A DNA stretch of 55,891 nucleotides from Candidatus Heimdallarchaeota archaeon (lineage in GTDB: Archaea > Asgardarchaeota > Wukongarchaeia > Wukongarchaeales > JBHIFL01): positions 1-55,891 of the forward strand of contig JBHIFL010000018.1 in NCBI GenBank assembly GCA_046761065.1, read 5' to 3'. Positions 19,229-29,022 of this stretch are shown here, piece by piece; within the stretch, counting starts at the first letter, position 1; every line of letters begins with the position of its first letter. The notes beneath the pieces were generated by a model. The model made no database searches. It saw nothing but the letters and a program-made list of their open reading frames with translations, and was not told the DNA's origin. Both the position numbers and the translations under genes were made by a program.

Positions 19229-19583
19229 TTCACATTGCTCCTTTCTTTTAATACATGTATTGTTCTCCATTATGGAGTTCTGAATCTCCTAGATGGTAAT
19301 GTTGGGATGTTCACGTTCGAATTTTGTCTATTTCATTGCATTTTAAGTTTTTGTTGCATTTTAAGCGGCTTTTTCTATTTTTTTGGAACCATATAAAGAG
19401 CCCACCATACATAACGAGTAGCAACATTACAAATAAACGAATTCTAAAAGCCCGCGGATTCCTTCGTACATTTAAAAATTGAAATCTATGAATAAGACTA
19501 ATAATCATTCTAGTGCTGTATGGACATTTGAGCATTTCATTTTGAATAAAATTGATATCACAAAACGACTTGTCAGTGGTAAT

Positions 19584-20489
19584 ATGTCAAATCATGAAAA
19601 CCGAAGCAAATTGGTAATCCCTGATAGGTGGTGGACTAAACTCCCTAGAGCCATCTACGCCGAATTGGAAAGGGTTCCTTGTAGTGAGGAATGGTTTGAA
19701 GTCTATCGGATTACAGATGGAGTTTACGTCTTCTACGAGCCAGGTCAATTCGAAGAAGCCATAACTTACCTCATCGAGGGGGAGGAAAAAGCGGGTCTCA
19801 TAGATACCGGCTGTGGGATCGGTAACCTCCGGGAAGCGGTAGAGGAGGTCACCGATCTCCCTGTGATGGTGATCAACACGCATGTCCATAATGACCACAT
19901 TGGTCATAATCATCTTTTTGATGAGGTTTTAATGTTTGACCATCCAATCTCCCACGAAGTCGCAAAAAATGGACTTCCTAACAGCAAGATGGCCCCCTTG
20001 GTGGCTCCTGGCAAGGTTTGGAAACCACTACCCGAGGGGTTTGATGTTAAGAACTTCATAGTTCCGCCCTTCAAGGTTTCTTGTTGGCTCCAAGATGGGG
20101 ATAAGATTAACCTCGGCGGTCAGAAGCTTGAAGTCCTCCATACCCCGGGACACACCCCAGACTCAATATGCCTCCTTGAACGGGAGACACGTCTCCTTTT
20201 CACTGGTGATACCTTCTATACCGCTGCCATCTACCTGTACCTCCCGGGCAGCGACTTACCAACCTTCATTAAGAGCTATCACAAACTGCTAGAGTATTAT
20301 ACATACTTCGATCGGCTTATGCCCAGTCATAATGAGCCCTTTGTAGAAAAAGAACTCCTTAAAGAAGTCCTACAAGCTGCTGAGGATATCTATGCAGGTA
20401 AGGGCGAGTACTTTGAGGGTATCGACCGAGACATCCCCATCAGAAAGTACACCTATCCCCGGTTCTCTATTATTATTAAAGCTAAATAG
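19584..20489 (+). CDS. MBL-fold metallo-hydrolase
   Basis: IDTG, THVHNDHIG, TPGHT, TGD and PSH motifs. Confidence 0.92.
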   Translation: MSNHENRSKLVIPDRWWTKLPRAIYAELERVPCSEEWFEVYRITDGVYVFYEPGQFEEAITYLIEGEEKAGLIDTGCGIGNLREAVEEVTDLPVMVINTHVHNDHIGHNHLFDEVLMFDHPISHEVAKNGLPNSKMAPLVAPGKVWKPLPEGFDVKNFIVPPFKVSCWLQDGDKINLGGQKLEVLHTPGHTPDSICLLERETRLLFTGDTFYTAAIYLYLPGSDLPTFIKSYHKLLEYYTYFDRLMPSHNEPFVEKELLKEVLQAAEDIYAGKGEYFEGIDRDIPIRKYTYPRFSIIIKAK

Positions 20490-20651
20490 TGAACCCTTCA
20501 CTCGTTTCTATTTCCAATTCTCTATTATTCTATAATTGGAGGAGAAACCACATTTGGTGAATAAATTCATTCTCAGATATGGTAAATTATCCATTTTTGA
20601 ACTTAAACTCGATCACATTGACGAAAAGAGGTGATTAAGTTCTTTTGCCAC

Positions 20652-21080
20652 TCATCCTATGACAATCGCTCGTCCCTGAAAATGTGTGTCAAATGTAGCA
20701 ATCTTAGGGATCTCCTGCAATTTCATCAGGACCAGGGTCGTGGTATCGGTGAAACTCAGGCCGTCTTTGCAAGTGGTCTGGAACTCGGAATAAGCGAGCT
20801 CTTGGATGGTTTTATCAACGTTTAACATATGAATAAAGCGAGGTAACTCTTCCTGCTCTCCGAATATAAGTTTGTGAACACTGAGAGCGGCATTACATTG
20901 TCTAGTTATCGCCAAAGCAAGCGTGAGTGCTTCATTATAGATAAAGTCAGAGGTGAAAACGGTTCCATGGCGCCCCCGCATACACTCAGATAATGTATGA
21001 ACAGCTCTCCCATGATTCTGGTCTTTTTTGAGAGCATAAGCGACGAATACACCGGTATCAATAAAGATTCCAGTCGGCAT
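20652..21080 (-). CDS. vapC: PIN-domain VapC toxin
   Basis: FIDTG, NE, LSFTD and TFDTHF motifs. Confidence 0.88.
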   Translation of the reverse strand: MPTGIFIDTGVFVAYALKKDQNHGRAVHTLSECMRGRHGTVFTSDFIYNEALTLALAITRQCNAALSVHKLIFGEQEELPRFIHMLNVDKTIQELAYSEFQTTCKDGLSFTDTTTLVLMKLQEIPKIATFDTHFQGRAIVIG

Positions 21081-21081
21081 T

Positions 21082-21354
21082 CTAATCGCCATAGATTAGC
21101 GTGTCTTCCTCTCGTTTATCGACGATCTCATAATCAACGATCAATGACTTGTATTTTTCTAACTCTTCTTCGCTTAATTGCCTAGTATGAAATAGGTAGT
21201 TTCGAAATTCAACATAATGGTCTTTTATATAAAAAAGAATCTTTTCGAGGATTCTATATTGATCGATATTTTTTCCTGTGTCTAATCTCAACTTTGCTTG
21301 AATTTCTTCGAGGATTTGTTTTGCCGAACGTGTCATCTTGACGGTTGTTGACAT
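21082..21354 (-). CDS. Putative VapB-like antitoxin
   Basis: Paralog of 2456..2734 (TTVK...IQAKL.L.TGK...Q..ILE...D..IYG). Confidence 0.75.
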   Translation of the reverse strand: MSTTVKMTRSAKQILEEIQAKLRLDTGKNIDQYRILEKILFYIKDHYVEFRNYLFHTRQLSEEELEKYKSLIVDYEIVDKREEDTLIYGD

Positions 21355-21366
21355 CCACTACATCGG

Positions 21367-21389
21367 ATATACTGTTATACCCAGTATAT
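21367..21389. promoter_or_regulatory. 8-7-8 inverted repeat; candidate antitoxin operator
   Basis: ATATACTG-TTATACC-CAGTATAT, 12 nt upstream of the antitoxin ATG. Confidence 0.55.
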
Positions 21390-21562
21390 TTAGTTTTTAC
21401 GATATCTGAACTTGGATAAGACATATAAAATTAGATGTTATCAAAAGTTTCAATTTCGAATATATCAAAAGGTACGCTTATTCAAATGCTTTGTAAGGTG
21501 TAACCCCAAATTTATGTTTGCTATGTTCAAAGGTAAAATTTGAATACCATTTAGACGAATCA

Positions 21563-22399
21563 CTATCCCTTACTTGGGGTAAAACCCACCATACCTTGGA
21601 CGTAGTATTTCTGCAAGAGAACATAAACCACCACTGGAAAAATCATGACTAACAATGCTCCTGCCGTCATCATATCCCACGGGACATGGAACTGGCCCTT
21701 CATCCAAACAAGTCGCTGAACAGCGACGTACTTCTCTGGAGTTAACAAGATAAGGAGGGCTAAGAAAAAGTCATTCCACACCCAGGTGAATTGTAATGCC
21801 GTAACTGAAAGGATCGCTGGCAAGGTCATTGGAAGAGCGATCTTCCGAAAGATGGTGAAATCGGAAGCTCCATCCACCCGCGCAGCTTCTTCCACTTCTG
21901 CTGGGAGGGTCAGAAAGAAATTGCGTAAAAATAATATAATCCACGGAAGGCCCCAGGCAGTATGAACTAGGATCAACCCTATATAAGAATCTAAAAGCCT
22001 GAGGTTAGCAAGAATTTGAAAAATAGGGATTGCTACCATTTGTTGGGGCATCGCCATTAAGGCAACAATGACAAGGAAAAGATAGGTACGAATTCGAAAA
22101 GTAAAGCGTGCAAAACTATATGCTGCTAACGCTGCAATAAAGATTGGGATAACTGTGGCAAAACTCGCAATGAGGATGGAATTCTTAAGTCCTGACCCGA
22201 GTTGAGCCGTCGGACTGGTTAATGCGTTCTTAAAATTATCAAGGGTGAGATGAAATTCTCTGAAGTTCCACCAACCATCCAACACTTCACGGATCGGCCT
22301 TATGGCAACCATAAAAATACCTAAAATTGGTAAAATCCAGATAAATCCAATGAACGCGGCTATAAGATGCTTTGCTAGCCTGGAAAATTTGATTTTCAT
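21563..22399 (-). CDS. Carbohydrate ABC transporter permease (MalG-like)
   Basis: EEAARVDGAS EAA loop; WNDFF. Confidence 0.93.
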   Translation of the reverse strand: MKIKFSRLAKHLIAAFIGFIWILPILGIFMVAIRPIREVLDGWWNFREFHLTLDNFKNALTSPTAQLGSGLKNSILIASFATVIPIFIAALAAYSFARFTFRIRTYLFLVIVALMAMPQQMVAIPIFQILANLRLLDSYIGLILVHTAWGLPWIILFLRNFFLTLPAEVEEAARVDGASDFTIFRKIALPMTLPAILSVTALQFTWVWNDFFLALLILLTPEKYVAVQRLVWMKGQFHVPWDMMTAGALLVMIFPVVVYVLLQKYYVQGMVGFTPSKG

Positions 22400-22430
22400 C
22401 GTTGATCTCCTTTTTCAATTCATTCTTCTA

Positions 22431-23327
22431 TTATTTTTGTGCCACAGCAGATTTGGCAATCCATATTGCTGCTGGTAATGTCAGAAGAGTCAGGAAGGTT
22501 GCAATCACAGAAGCTTGATTAAATTTGAATGCCACAAATGCGAATTTCCACATTAATAATGCAAGAACATTCGAGGCTGCACCTGGTCCACCCCCTGTGG
22601 CCACAAAGATCACATCAAAAATCTTCAATTCATATAAAATGCTCATCACGACAATCGTAAGGGTTGCTGGTTTTAACAAAGGTACCGTTATATGAATGAA
22701 TTTGCGAAAGGATGAGGCTTGATCTATATCTGCAGCTTCATAATATTCCTTAGGGATCGTCGCTAGAGCTGCAGAATACACGATCATGCTAAAGCCTGTC
22801 CACATCCAAACCCCACTCAGGATCGTCGCTAATAATGCAGTTTCTGGCCATGCGGTCCAAGATTTTTCAGATAAGGAGGTTATACCGATTTTTCTTAAGA
22901 TTAAATTGATAATCCCGATATCTTTATCGAACAAAAATTCGGCTAGTAGCCCTCCGATCGCCATCGGAAGCACCATTCCCAAGAATACGATTGATTTGAC
23001 TATTGAAGCCCCTTTAACGTCTTGTAAAATGACTGAGAATATTAAACCTAAAAATACACAGAGGGGGAGGTGAAGGGCAATCCAGATGGCATTATGGACC
23101 AATGCGCCCCATGGGGGGATTTCAGATCCGATTCTATTCATATTCACGACATCTGGATCTTTTAACACTTCGATAAAATTATTAAAGCCCACAAATTCGC
23201 CTTCAGTAGAAAAAAAACTGAACGAAATCGTTTTAACGATCGGATAGATAATAAACAATAAGATAAGCACAAGAGATGGGGTTAAAAAAAGGTAGGGGGT
23301 TTTGGGGGTTTTAATTAAAAATCCCAC
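22431..23327 (-). CDS. Carbohydrate ABC transporter permease (MalF-like)
   Basis: YEAADID, ITVPLL and TGGGPG motifs. Confidence 0.93.
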   Translation of the reverse strand: MGFLIKTPKTPYLFLTPSLVLILLFIIYPIVKTISFSFFSTEGEFVGFNNFIEVLKDPDVVNMNRIGSEIPPWGALVHNAIWIALHLPLCVFLGLIFSVILQDVKGASIVKSIVFLGMVLPMAIGGLLAEFLFDKDIGIINLILRKIGITSLSEKSWTAWPETALLATILSGVWMWTGFSMIVYSAALATIPKEYYEAADIDQASSFRKFIHITVPLLKPATLTIVVMSILYELKIFDVIFVATGGGPGAASNVLALLMWKFAFVAFKFNQASVIATFLTLLTLPAAIWIAKSAVAQK

Positions 23328-23340
23328 CTGTTCGATTTTT

Positions 23341-24552
23341 TCATGCTTTCGCTTCGATTTCTGCTAATACTGTTGCTAAGTCCTCGGGATGGACCCAGAG
23401 AAACTTCAATTGATCCCAGAAATTGGTTTGGAATTCTCCACCAATCGTATCATCGAGATCTGTAACTGTTGTGGCTCCTTCTAAGAGCGCTCCTACTTCT
23501 TGATCGACGCCTGCTTTGTAGTCACTCATCTTCACATCAAGATGAGTTGCAACGTGCCCACCCTGGGCTACTTGGATTTTCTGACCCTCAGCACCAGCGA
23601 GGAACTGCGCGAGTTCTTTGGCATCATTTTCATTATCAGTGTATTTTGGTATACAGAAGAAGTCCGGTCCTGCAAAGACAAAGGCTTTTGCTTCAGGTAA
23701 TGAAAAGACACCCAGATCCTGTGGATCTTCAACCATCCCAGTGATCCAGCTACCCATAAAGTACAATCCATGTTTGCCAGCCCACCAATCTTCAAGGATC
23801 AATGTCCACTCTTTGGGTTCACTAAAGTGTCCATCCGCGATCAGTGGAACTAAATAATCCTCAAAGACTTTTGTAACCTCAGGACTTGTCCAGGAAACAG
23901 TACCAGCTTTCAGACCCTCGAAAAGGTCTACGCCACCATAAGCAAGCAAGAAGTGCTCTGTTACATCGGAAAGTGGCCATCCCACACCATCGCCACTTGC
24001 AATTGCTGTTTCCACACCATCAATAGCTTCAATCTTATCACAGAGCGAAACAAATTCTGCATAAGACGTAGGAACTGAAAGACCGTTTGCTTCAAAGAAC
24101 GATTTTCTGTACCAAAATCCTGGCTTGAGTTTCCCAGTATATGGTGCTGCATACATTGCCCCATCTACCATACCTTGATTCGCAACCTCTGTAAAGTCAT
24201 TGATATCGATGATGTCACTAAGGTCTAGTAGATCATCTTTATGTTCTTTGGCCCACCATGCCCACATGAACAAAAGGTCTCCGGGAGTTTTCTCAGCTTC
24301 AAATTGGGCTGGTAGGAGTGTTGCTAAGTCTTCTGCTCGAATCGATGTATAGTTAACTGCGATCCCTGTTTTCTCGGTAAAGGCGTCTAAGACAGGTTTA
24401 AAGACCTCATATTCGGCGCCAGACCACGGACCTACAACAGTGAAGACTGCTTCTTCTTGTCCTATACAACCAGCGAAGGCAAAGGATCCTAGTACAAACA
24501 CACTTACGAGTATAATTCCACTGAACACTTGTTTTTTAACTGTTGGTCGCAT
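23341..24552 (-). CDS. Sugar ABC transporter substrate-binding lipoprotein
   Basis: Signal peptide with FAGCIG lipobox; GPWSG.E, WYRKSFF, GWPLSD and YFMGSWI motifs. Confidence 0.9.
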   Translation of the reverse strand: MRPTVKKQVFSGIILVSVFVLGSFAFAGCIGQEEAVFTVVGPWSGAEYEVFKPVLDAFTEKTGIAVNYTSIRAEDLATLLPAQFEAEKTPGDLLFMWAWWAKEHKDDLLDLSDIIDINDFTEVANQGMVDGAMYAAPYTGKLKPGFWYRKSFFEANGLSVPTSYAEFVSLCDKIEAIDGVETAIASGDGVGWPLSDVTEHFLLAYGGVDLFEGLKAGTVSWTSPEVTKVFEDYLVPLIADGHFSEPKEWTLILEDWWAGKHGLYFMGSWITGMVEDPQDLGVFSLPEAKAFVFAGPDFFCIPKYTDNENDAKELAQFLAGAEGQKIQVAQGGHVATHLDVKMSDYKAGVDQEVGALLEGATTVTDLDDTIGGEFQTNFWDQLKFLWVHPEDLATVLAEIEAKA

Positions 24553-24818
24553 GATTTTTCCTCCATTTGCTTTTCTTTATTGATAAGGCTGTTCAATGCC
24601 TACAAAAGAATCACACTGCAGACGAATTATTATAGTTTTTGTTCCCTTAAGGGATTGATACGCTTTTCGATATTTTGGTCTTATATAAATAAGTTATAAA
24701 TAAAATATCATAATTTGTAAAATATATTAATAAATATTATTACTTAAACTGAATTATAAAACTAAGTAATTTTTGAAGGGAGATGGATTAAAAAGAAGGA
24801 CGCTGAATAAAATCCAGT

Positions 24819-26000
24819 ATGCGAAAAATGTTCATTGGTGTTGAAGCCACGACTGACTACTGGATCACATTCCAAGATTTATCACATCTCAAGGAACAAG
24901 AGCATCTTGGGGTCGGTTTGAGGAATGCCTATGCTCTCTTAAGTCAGGGTAGGGGAGAAGAAGAAGTGATTGATAACCTCTCTCTAACTGAAGTAAGGCA
25001 CTTCCTGAAAAAACTAGAGACACATGGTGTAAGCGTCGAAAGCGCTTTAGGGGGGAATGCCGCTCTTGAAACACTTGCTGGAAAAACACAGGGACTCTCC
25101 GTTTCTTTCTTTGGAGCACTTCCTCAACTGAATATTTCCAAAGCAGAACTTGATACGCTACGGGAATCGTTTATAGGAGAGGAGGTTAGGGAAACTCCGT
25201 TGTCCCTCATTATCCAGGTAACACATGGCACGACTGAACGGTACATATTGAATAAAGGAAATGGTCGTCGCGTAAATGACGTACTCCCCTCACTCTTGAA
25301 AGCAAAGAAGATGATATCTGGAGATGATATTCTCCTCGGCTTGGTCGGTGTGCACGTGTTATTTGGAACTAAACGGTTTGATTTGCTCAAAACCTATCGT
25401 GATGTTCTAGAAGAGTTCCGAAGAAATGTAGGAATGACCTTTTCGGATACTGGGGGATTTTCCACCTACACATTAAGCGAATTAAAGAAGCTCGTTGAAC
25501 ATATTTACACGAATGTCGATGCACTTGCATTAAATGAAGAAGAGCTTCTCAAGATTTACAATTCCTTCGAAGGCCCAGGGGTCGAGGAACACCCAGTCGA
25601 AATGCTAAGCTATCTTATTGAACAATTTGAAGCCCTTAAGACAGTATGGTTACATACAACTGACGTCCATATTTCCTTATCAAAGGAATTATCTTCCTCG
25701 AAAATGGCAGAATCAATGAAAAAAGCAGCTGCCGCTGGATGTTTTCGTGTAGAAGTTGGTAAACCGCCAACGCAAGTCGAACTCCTCAAAATAATCAAAA
25801 GTAGGCGATTGAACTCTAAAGGCATCAAAGTCGTTCAGGAGATCAAGAAGACATATGGTAAGACGTTCCAAGGGTTAAAAATTGTTGTGGAGCCTAGCTA
25901 TCTCGCGGAAAAATTCACCACATCAGTTGGGGCCGGAGATACGGCGTGTGTAACCTATTTTGGCAATTTCCTCTCCACAAGGGCAATTGGAATAAGTTAA
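24819..26000 (+). CDS. ADP-dependent glucokinase/phosphofructokinase family (ribokinase fold)
   Basis: GGNAA, NEEEL, LHT and VGAGDT motifs. Confidence 0.75.
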   Translation: MRKMFIGVEATTDYWITFQDLSHLKEQEHLGVGLRNAYALLSQGRGEEEVIDNLSLTEVRHFLKKLETHGVSVESALGGNAALETLAGKTQGLSVSFFGALPQLNISKAELDTLRESFIGEEVRETPLSLIIQVTHGTTERYILNKGNGRRVNDVLPSLLKAKKMISGDDILLGLVGVHVLFGTKRFDLLKTYRDVLEEFRRNVGMTFSDTGGFSTYTLSELKKLVEHIYTNVDALALNEEELLKIYNSFEGPGVEEHPVEMLSYLIEQFEALKTVWLHTTDVHISLSKELSSSKMAESMKKAAAAGCFRVEVGKPPTQVELLKIIKSRRLNSKGIKVVQEIKKTYGKTFQGLKIVVEPSYLAEKFTTSVGAGDTACVTYFGNFLSTRAIGIS

Positions 26001-26043
26001 GTTCTATTAATCGTTCTTATTCCATATCTCGGCATAGACAAGG

Positions 26044-27231
26044 TTGAGTCCTATGAACTTTGAAGAATTCAAAAACCAACTTCGCCAAGGCATCGAATCA
26101 TTGAGAAGCAAACATGGGTATCTCAACGCTGGGTATCCACGATATAACACCCTTTTTGGACGTGATTCGATCATATCCGCATGGCAGATGTTACAGATAG
26201 ATCCATCAATCGCAAAGGCTACTCTCTTGATGTTGTCAAAGTTTCAAGGAAGGTCTATAGATCCCAAATCTGAAGAAGAACCAGGCAAGATTTTACATGA
26301 ATATCGATTTGATCCACAAGACCAAGCGGAATTATGCGAATGGAAATTTCCGTACTATGGTAGTATTGATAGCACACCTCTCTTCATAATTCTAGCTGAA
26401 AAGTATCTCAAAGAGACAAATGATATAAGACTCATCTCCCAAATCTGGGAGAACCTTCTTGCCGCCTTAACTTGGATTATACAACATGGTGACACTGATG
26501 GGGATGGGTATATAGAATACCAAAGAAAAAATCCCTATGGGCTTTTTCATCAAGGTTGGCGAGATAGTAGCGAGGACTCACTAAAAATTAAACCCCCTGT
26601 CGCTATTGTTGAAGCTCAAGGATATGTTTACACGGCATATTATAGTATCATTTCTATTATGGAAGCAATCAACAAAAATAAGGACAAGGCTAGTGAAGAA
26701 ATACGAAAAAGAGCAATATTATTAAAGAAGAAATTTAACCAAGATTTTTGGATGCCTCGAGAAAAATATTTGGCGTTAGCTCTTGATGGTACGAAAAAGC
26801 AGAAAAAAGTTGTCTCTTCAAACGCAGGCCATCTCCTTTTCACTGGAATAGTTGATGATGACAAAAGAGACTTTGTGATAAACCGGCTTTTCCAAAAGGA
26901 TATGTGGACGCCCTACGGAATCCGGACGCACTCTGTATTAGCCCCGGATTATAATCCGTATAGTTATCATTTGGGCTCGATTTGGCCTCAGGATAATTGG
27001 ATTATCTATACGGGGCTACAAAAATTCGGTTATTTTCTACAAGCTGAGAAAATTAAGCAAGCACTACTTCGGACATATAAAGAGCTTCACAAAATTCCTG
27101 AATACTATATAGTCATTGATAATAGGATCATAGATCCCTCTATCCCTACTAAAAATTTGTTTTATGTGAGAGCGAATCCCCTTCAAGCATGGGCTAACGC
27201 AGCACTACTCGAAATGTTAATTAATGAATAA
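26044..27231 (+). CDS. Amylo-alpha-1,6-glucosidase / GDE-C-like (alpha/alpha)6 glycoside hydrolase
   Basis: AGYP...LFGRDS, EEPGKILHE, YYGSIDSTPL, QGWRDS, YHLGSIWP and QAWA motifs. Confidence 0.9.
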   Translation: MSPMNFEEFKNQLRQGIESLRSKHGYLNAGYPRYNTLFGRDSIISAWQMLQIDPSIAKATLLMLSKFQGRSIDPKSEEEPGKILHEYRFDPQDQAELCEWKFPYYGSIDSTPLFIILAEKYLKETNDIRLISQIWENLLAALTWIIQHGDTDGDGYIEYQRKNPYGLFHQGWRDSSEDSLKIKPPVAIVEAQGYVYTAYYSIISIMEAINKNKDKASEEIRKRAILLKKKFNQDFWMPREKYLALALDGTKKQKKVVSSNAGHLLFTGIVDDDKRDFVINRLFQKDMWTPYGIRTHSVLAPDYNPYSYHLGSIWPQDNWIIYTGLQKFGYFLQAEKIKQALLRTYKELHKIPEYYIVIDNRIIDPSIPTKNLFYVRANPLQAWANAALLEMLINE

Positions 27232-27469
27232 ACTTGTCATGTATGTTTATTTGTTCTCCATATCTAGATCCTGTTTTTGTTTGGGGAGTGGTTTCGTGAA
27301 ACGAAAACGTTATCTTCCCTTCTTTTTTGCGGAGGACTCAACTTAGAAAATAAGAAAGGGAAACCAATAGAAGAGATCATAAAGGTATTTTGTAAAACCA
27401 CCAAAATGAATCTTTTAAATTCTCATTTAGGATACAAATCTTTTTAGAATCTTAACTTTATGATAAGTT

Positions 27470-27781
27470 ATGCTATATTTGTACCGACGGCAGATCATTG
27501 ATCGATTAATTCAACTCTTAACCCAACATACGGATCAGATCGAACACGCTGTTCTTTTCGGATCAACGATTACTGGCACACATCACCCGGATAGTGACAT
27601 TGACCTTTTTGTCGTTGCCAATTCAACACTCCGACCTCTATTGGAGCAAGAATTAGACTCGATTTACATTGAAACAACGATTCCGGTGGTCATGATATTT
27701 CTTACTCCGACATCATATAAAAAAAGTAAGAAAGATCCCCTAATTGAAACAATTTTAAAAGAAGGCGTAAGGATTGTCTGA
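27470..27781 (+). CDS. Minimal nucleotidyltransferase (MNT) antitoxin
   Basis: LFGS...G....DSDIDL; ILKEG. Confidence 0.88.
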   Translation: MLYLYRRQIIDRLIQLLTQHTDQIEHAVLFGSTITGTHHPDSDIDLFVVANSTLRPLLEQELDSIYIETTIPVVMIFLTPTSYKKSKKDPLIETILKEGVRIV

Positions 27782-28157
27782 GAAGGCATATAATTTTGCG
27801 ATTGCAGATGAATATTTTGCCAAAGCGCGCTCTAATCTTGAAGCTGCTAAGTATCTTCTTAAAGGAAGCTTTTTGGAAGAAGCTATCAATCGAACATACT
27901 ATGTAGTCTTTCATGCGGCCCGCACAATTCTTCTTTTGTTAGGAGAACGCCCTAGATCCCATGAAGGGACGTTGTAACTATTTGGGCTTCGAGTAATAAA
28001 GCTCAAATTAACCGAGCCGAAATATGGGCGAGTCTTACGGATATTATTCTAGAATAGGGAGACTGCTAACTATGCTGTGTTACCCACAATTGAGGAATCC
28101 GAGACTAAAGAGCTGACCCGAGTTGCAGAGGAGTTTCTGATAGAGATGAGCAAATAA
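27774..28157 (+). pseudogene. HEPN-domain protein with two in-frame stops
   Basis: A..RTYY.VFHAA...RSHEG, TAA 27975-27977, LFGL...KYGRVL, TAG 28050-28052, then NRETANY...AEEFL, all in one frame. Confidence 0.85.
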
Positions 28158-28583
28158 CACGCGCAATTCAAGAGGGAAAGTTAACTTGTGGGATTTCATT
28201 GCTCTTTCTTAGTGAGACACGAATTTTTAAGCATGTTGGACGAATAAGGAAAAATATATACTAACCCAGTGTCTATTTTACGGTGACACCAATAGCCCAA
28301 TCAAGGTGAAAATCCCTTCATTGGGATGTTCCAGATTAGTTCATTGATGAAATCCTTGATCAAACCGACTTTTATCAGACTTCTGAAATTCAATCTCGGG
28401 ATACTAGGATTCTCAACGTTTTAGTAGCCTTTAAGATCCTCTGGTAGGTTGCAGATGTGGTTCATTTTCTTTCAAGACATTAAGAAGATGAAACAAAGCG
28501 ATGGGCTTTTGTTAAGGGAAAAATAGGCTAGGATACGTGATTTGACCAAATAAGTATGGCAAGGCTAAATCCTAAAAAAAGCC

Positions 28584-28782
28584 ATGAATGATGATGGACT
28601 CCCCACCTATATAGAAACCGTGTATCGTACAATCCAGGCTGGGGTAAAGCTCAAAGGATACTTAAGCTGAGCTTGCCGATAACTTCGAGTGGGCGGAAGG
28701 ATACAGTGAGCGGTTAGGTCTCGGCCATGTAAACATTCAGACGCTAACCTGCATACCGAAGAAGAGTTTTTAATTGGTATTA
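28584..28782 (+). pseudogene. Glycoside hydrolase family 1 (beta-glucosidase) C-terminal relic
   Basis: IQAGVKLKGYL then, after a shift, LADNFEWAEGYSERLGLGHVNIQTLTCIPKKSF; matches the GH1 WSLxDNFEWxxGYxxRFG...PKxS signature. Confidence 0.8.
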
Positions 28783-28818
28783 GTGGTTATAGAGAATACT
28801 GGTCTCTCTTTCTTTTAG

Positions 28819-28836
28819 ATGTGAATGCATTCACAT
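28819..28836. promoter_or_regulatory. Perfect 18-bp palindrome upstream of malK; candidate operator
   Basis: ATGTGAATGCATTCACAT, followed by GTGGA-N5-TCCAC at 28845-28859. Confidence 0.55.
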
Positions 28837-29022
28837 TTATCAAAGTGGAGAATGTCCACACTTTTAGTTGGGTAAGTTGGGTCTATCGAAAACATGAAAG
28901 TTAAAAAAGGATGTCATGTTTTTTGCTAAATAATAACAGGATAGACTTCCTTTTCTAAATTATCGAGAAACCAAAATACCTAATAAGGCTACAATTAGGA
29001 TAATCCGCATGGAGGCGGGTTA

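Noticed and set aside
24739-24770. Inverted repeat ATTACTTA-N16-TAAGTAAT in the sugar-cluster promoter
   Set aside because: The region is extremely AT-rich, so a chance match is likely, and it does not match the TrmB TATCAC-N5-GTGATA motif.
28690-28770. TnpB-like HGRDLTAHCIL on the minus strand
   Set aside because: The plus strand gives a much stronger GH1 DNFEW signature over the same bases.
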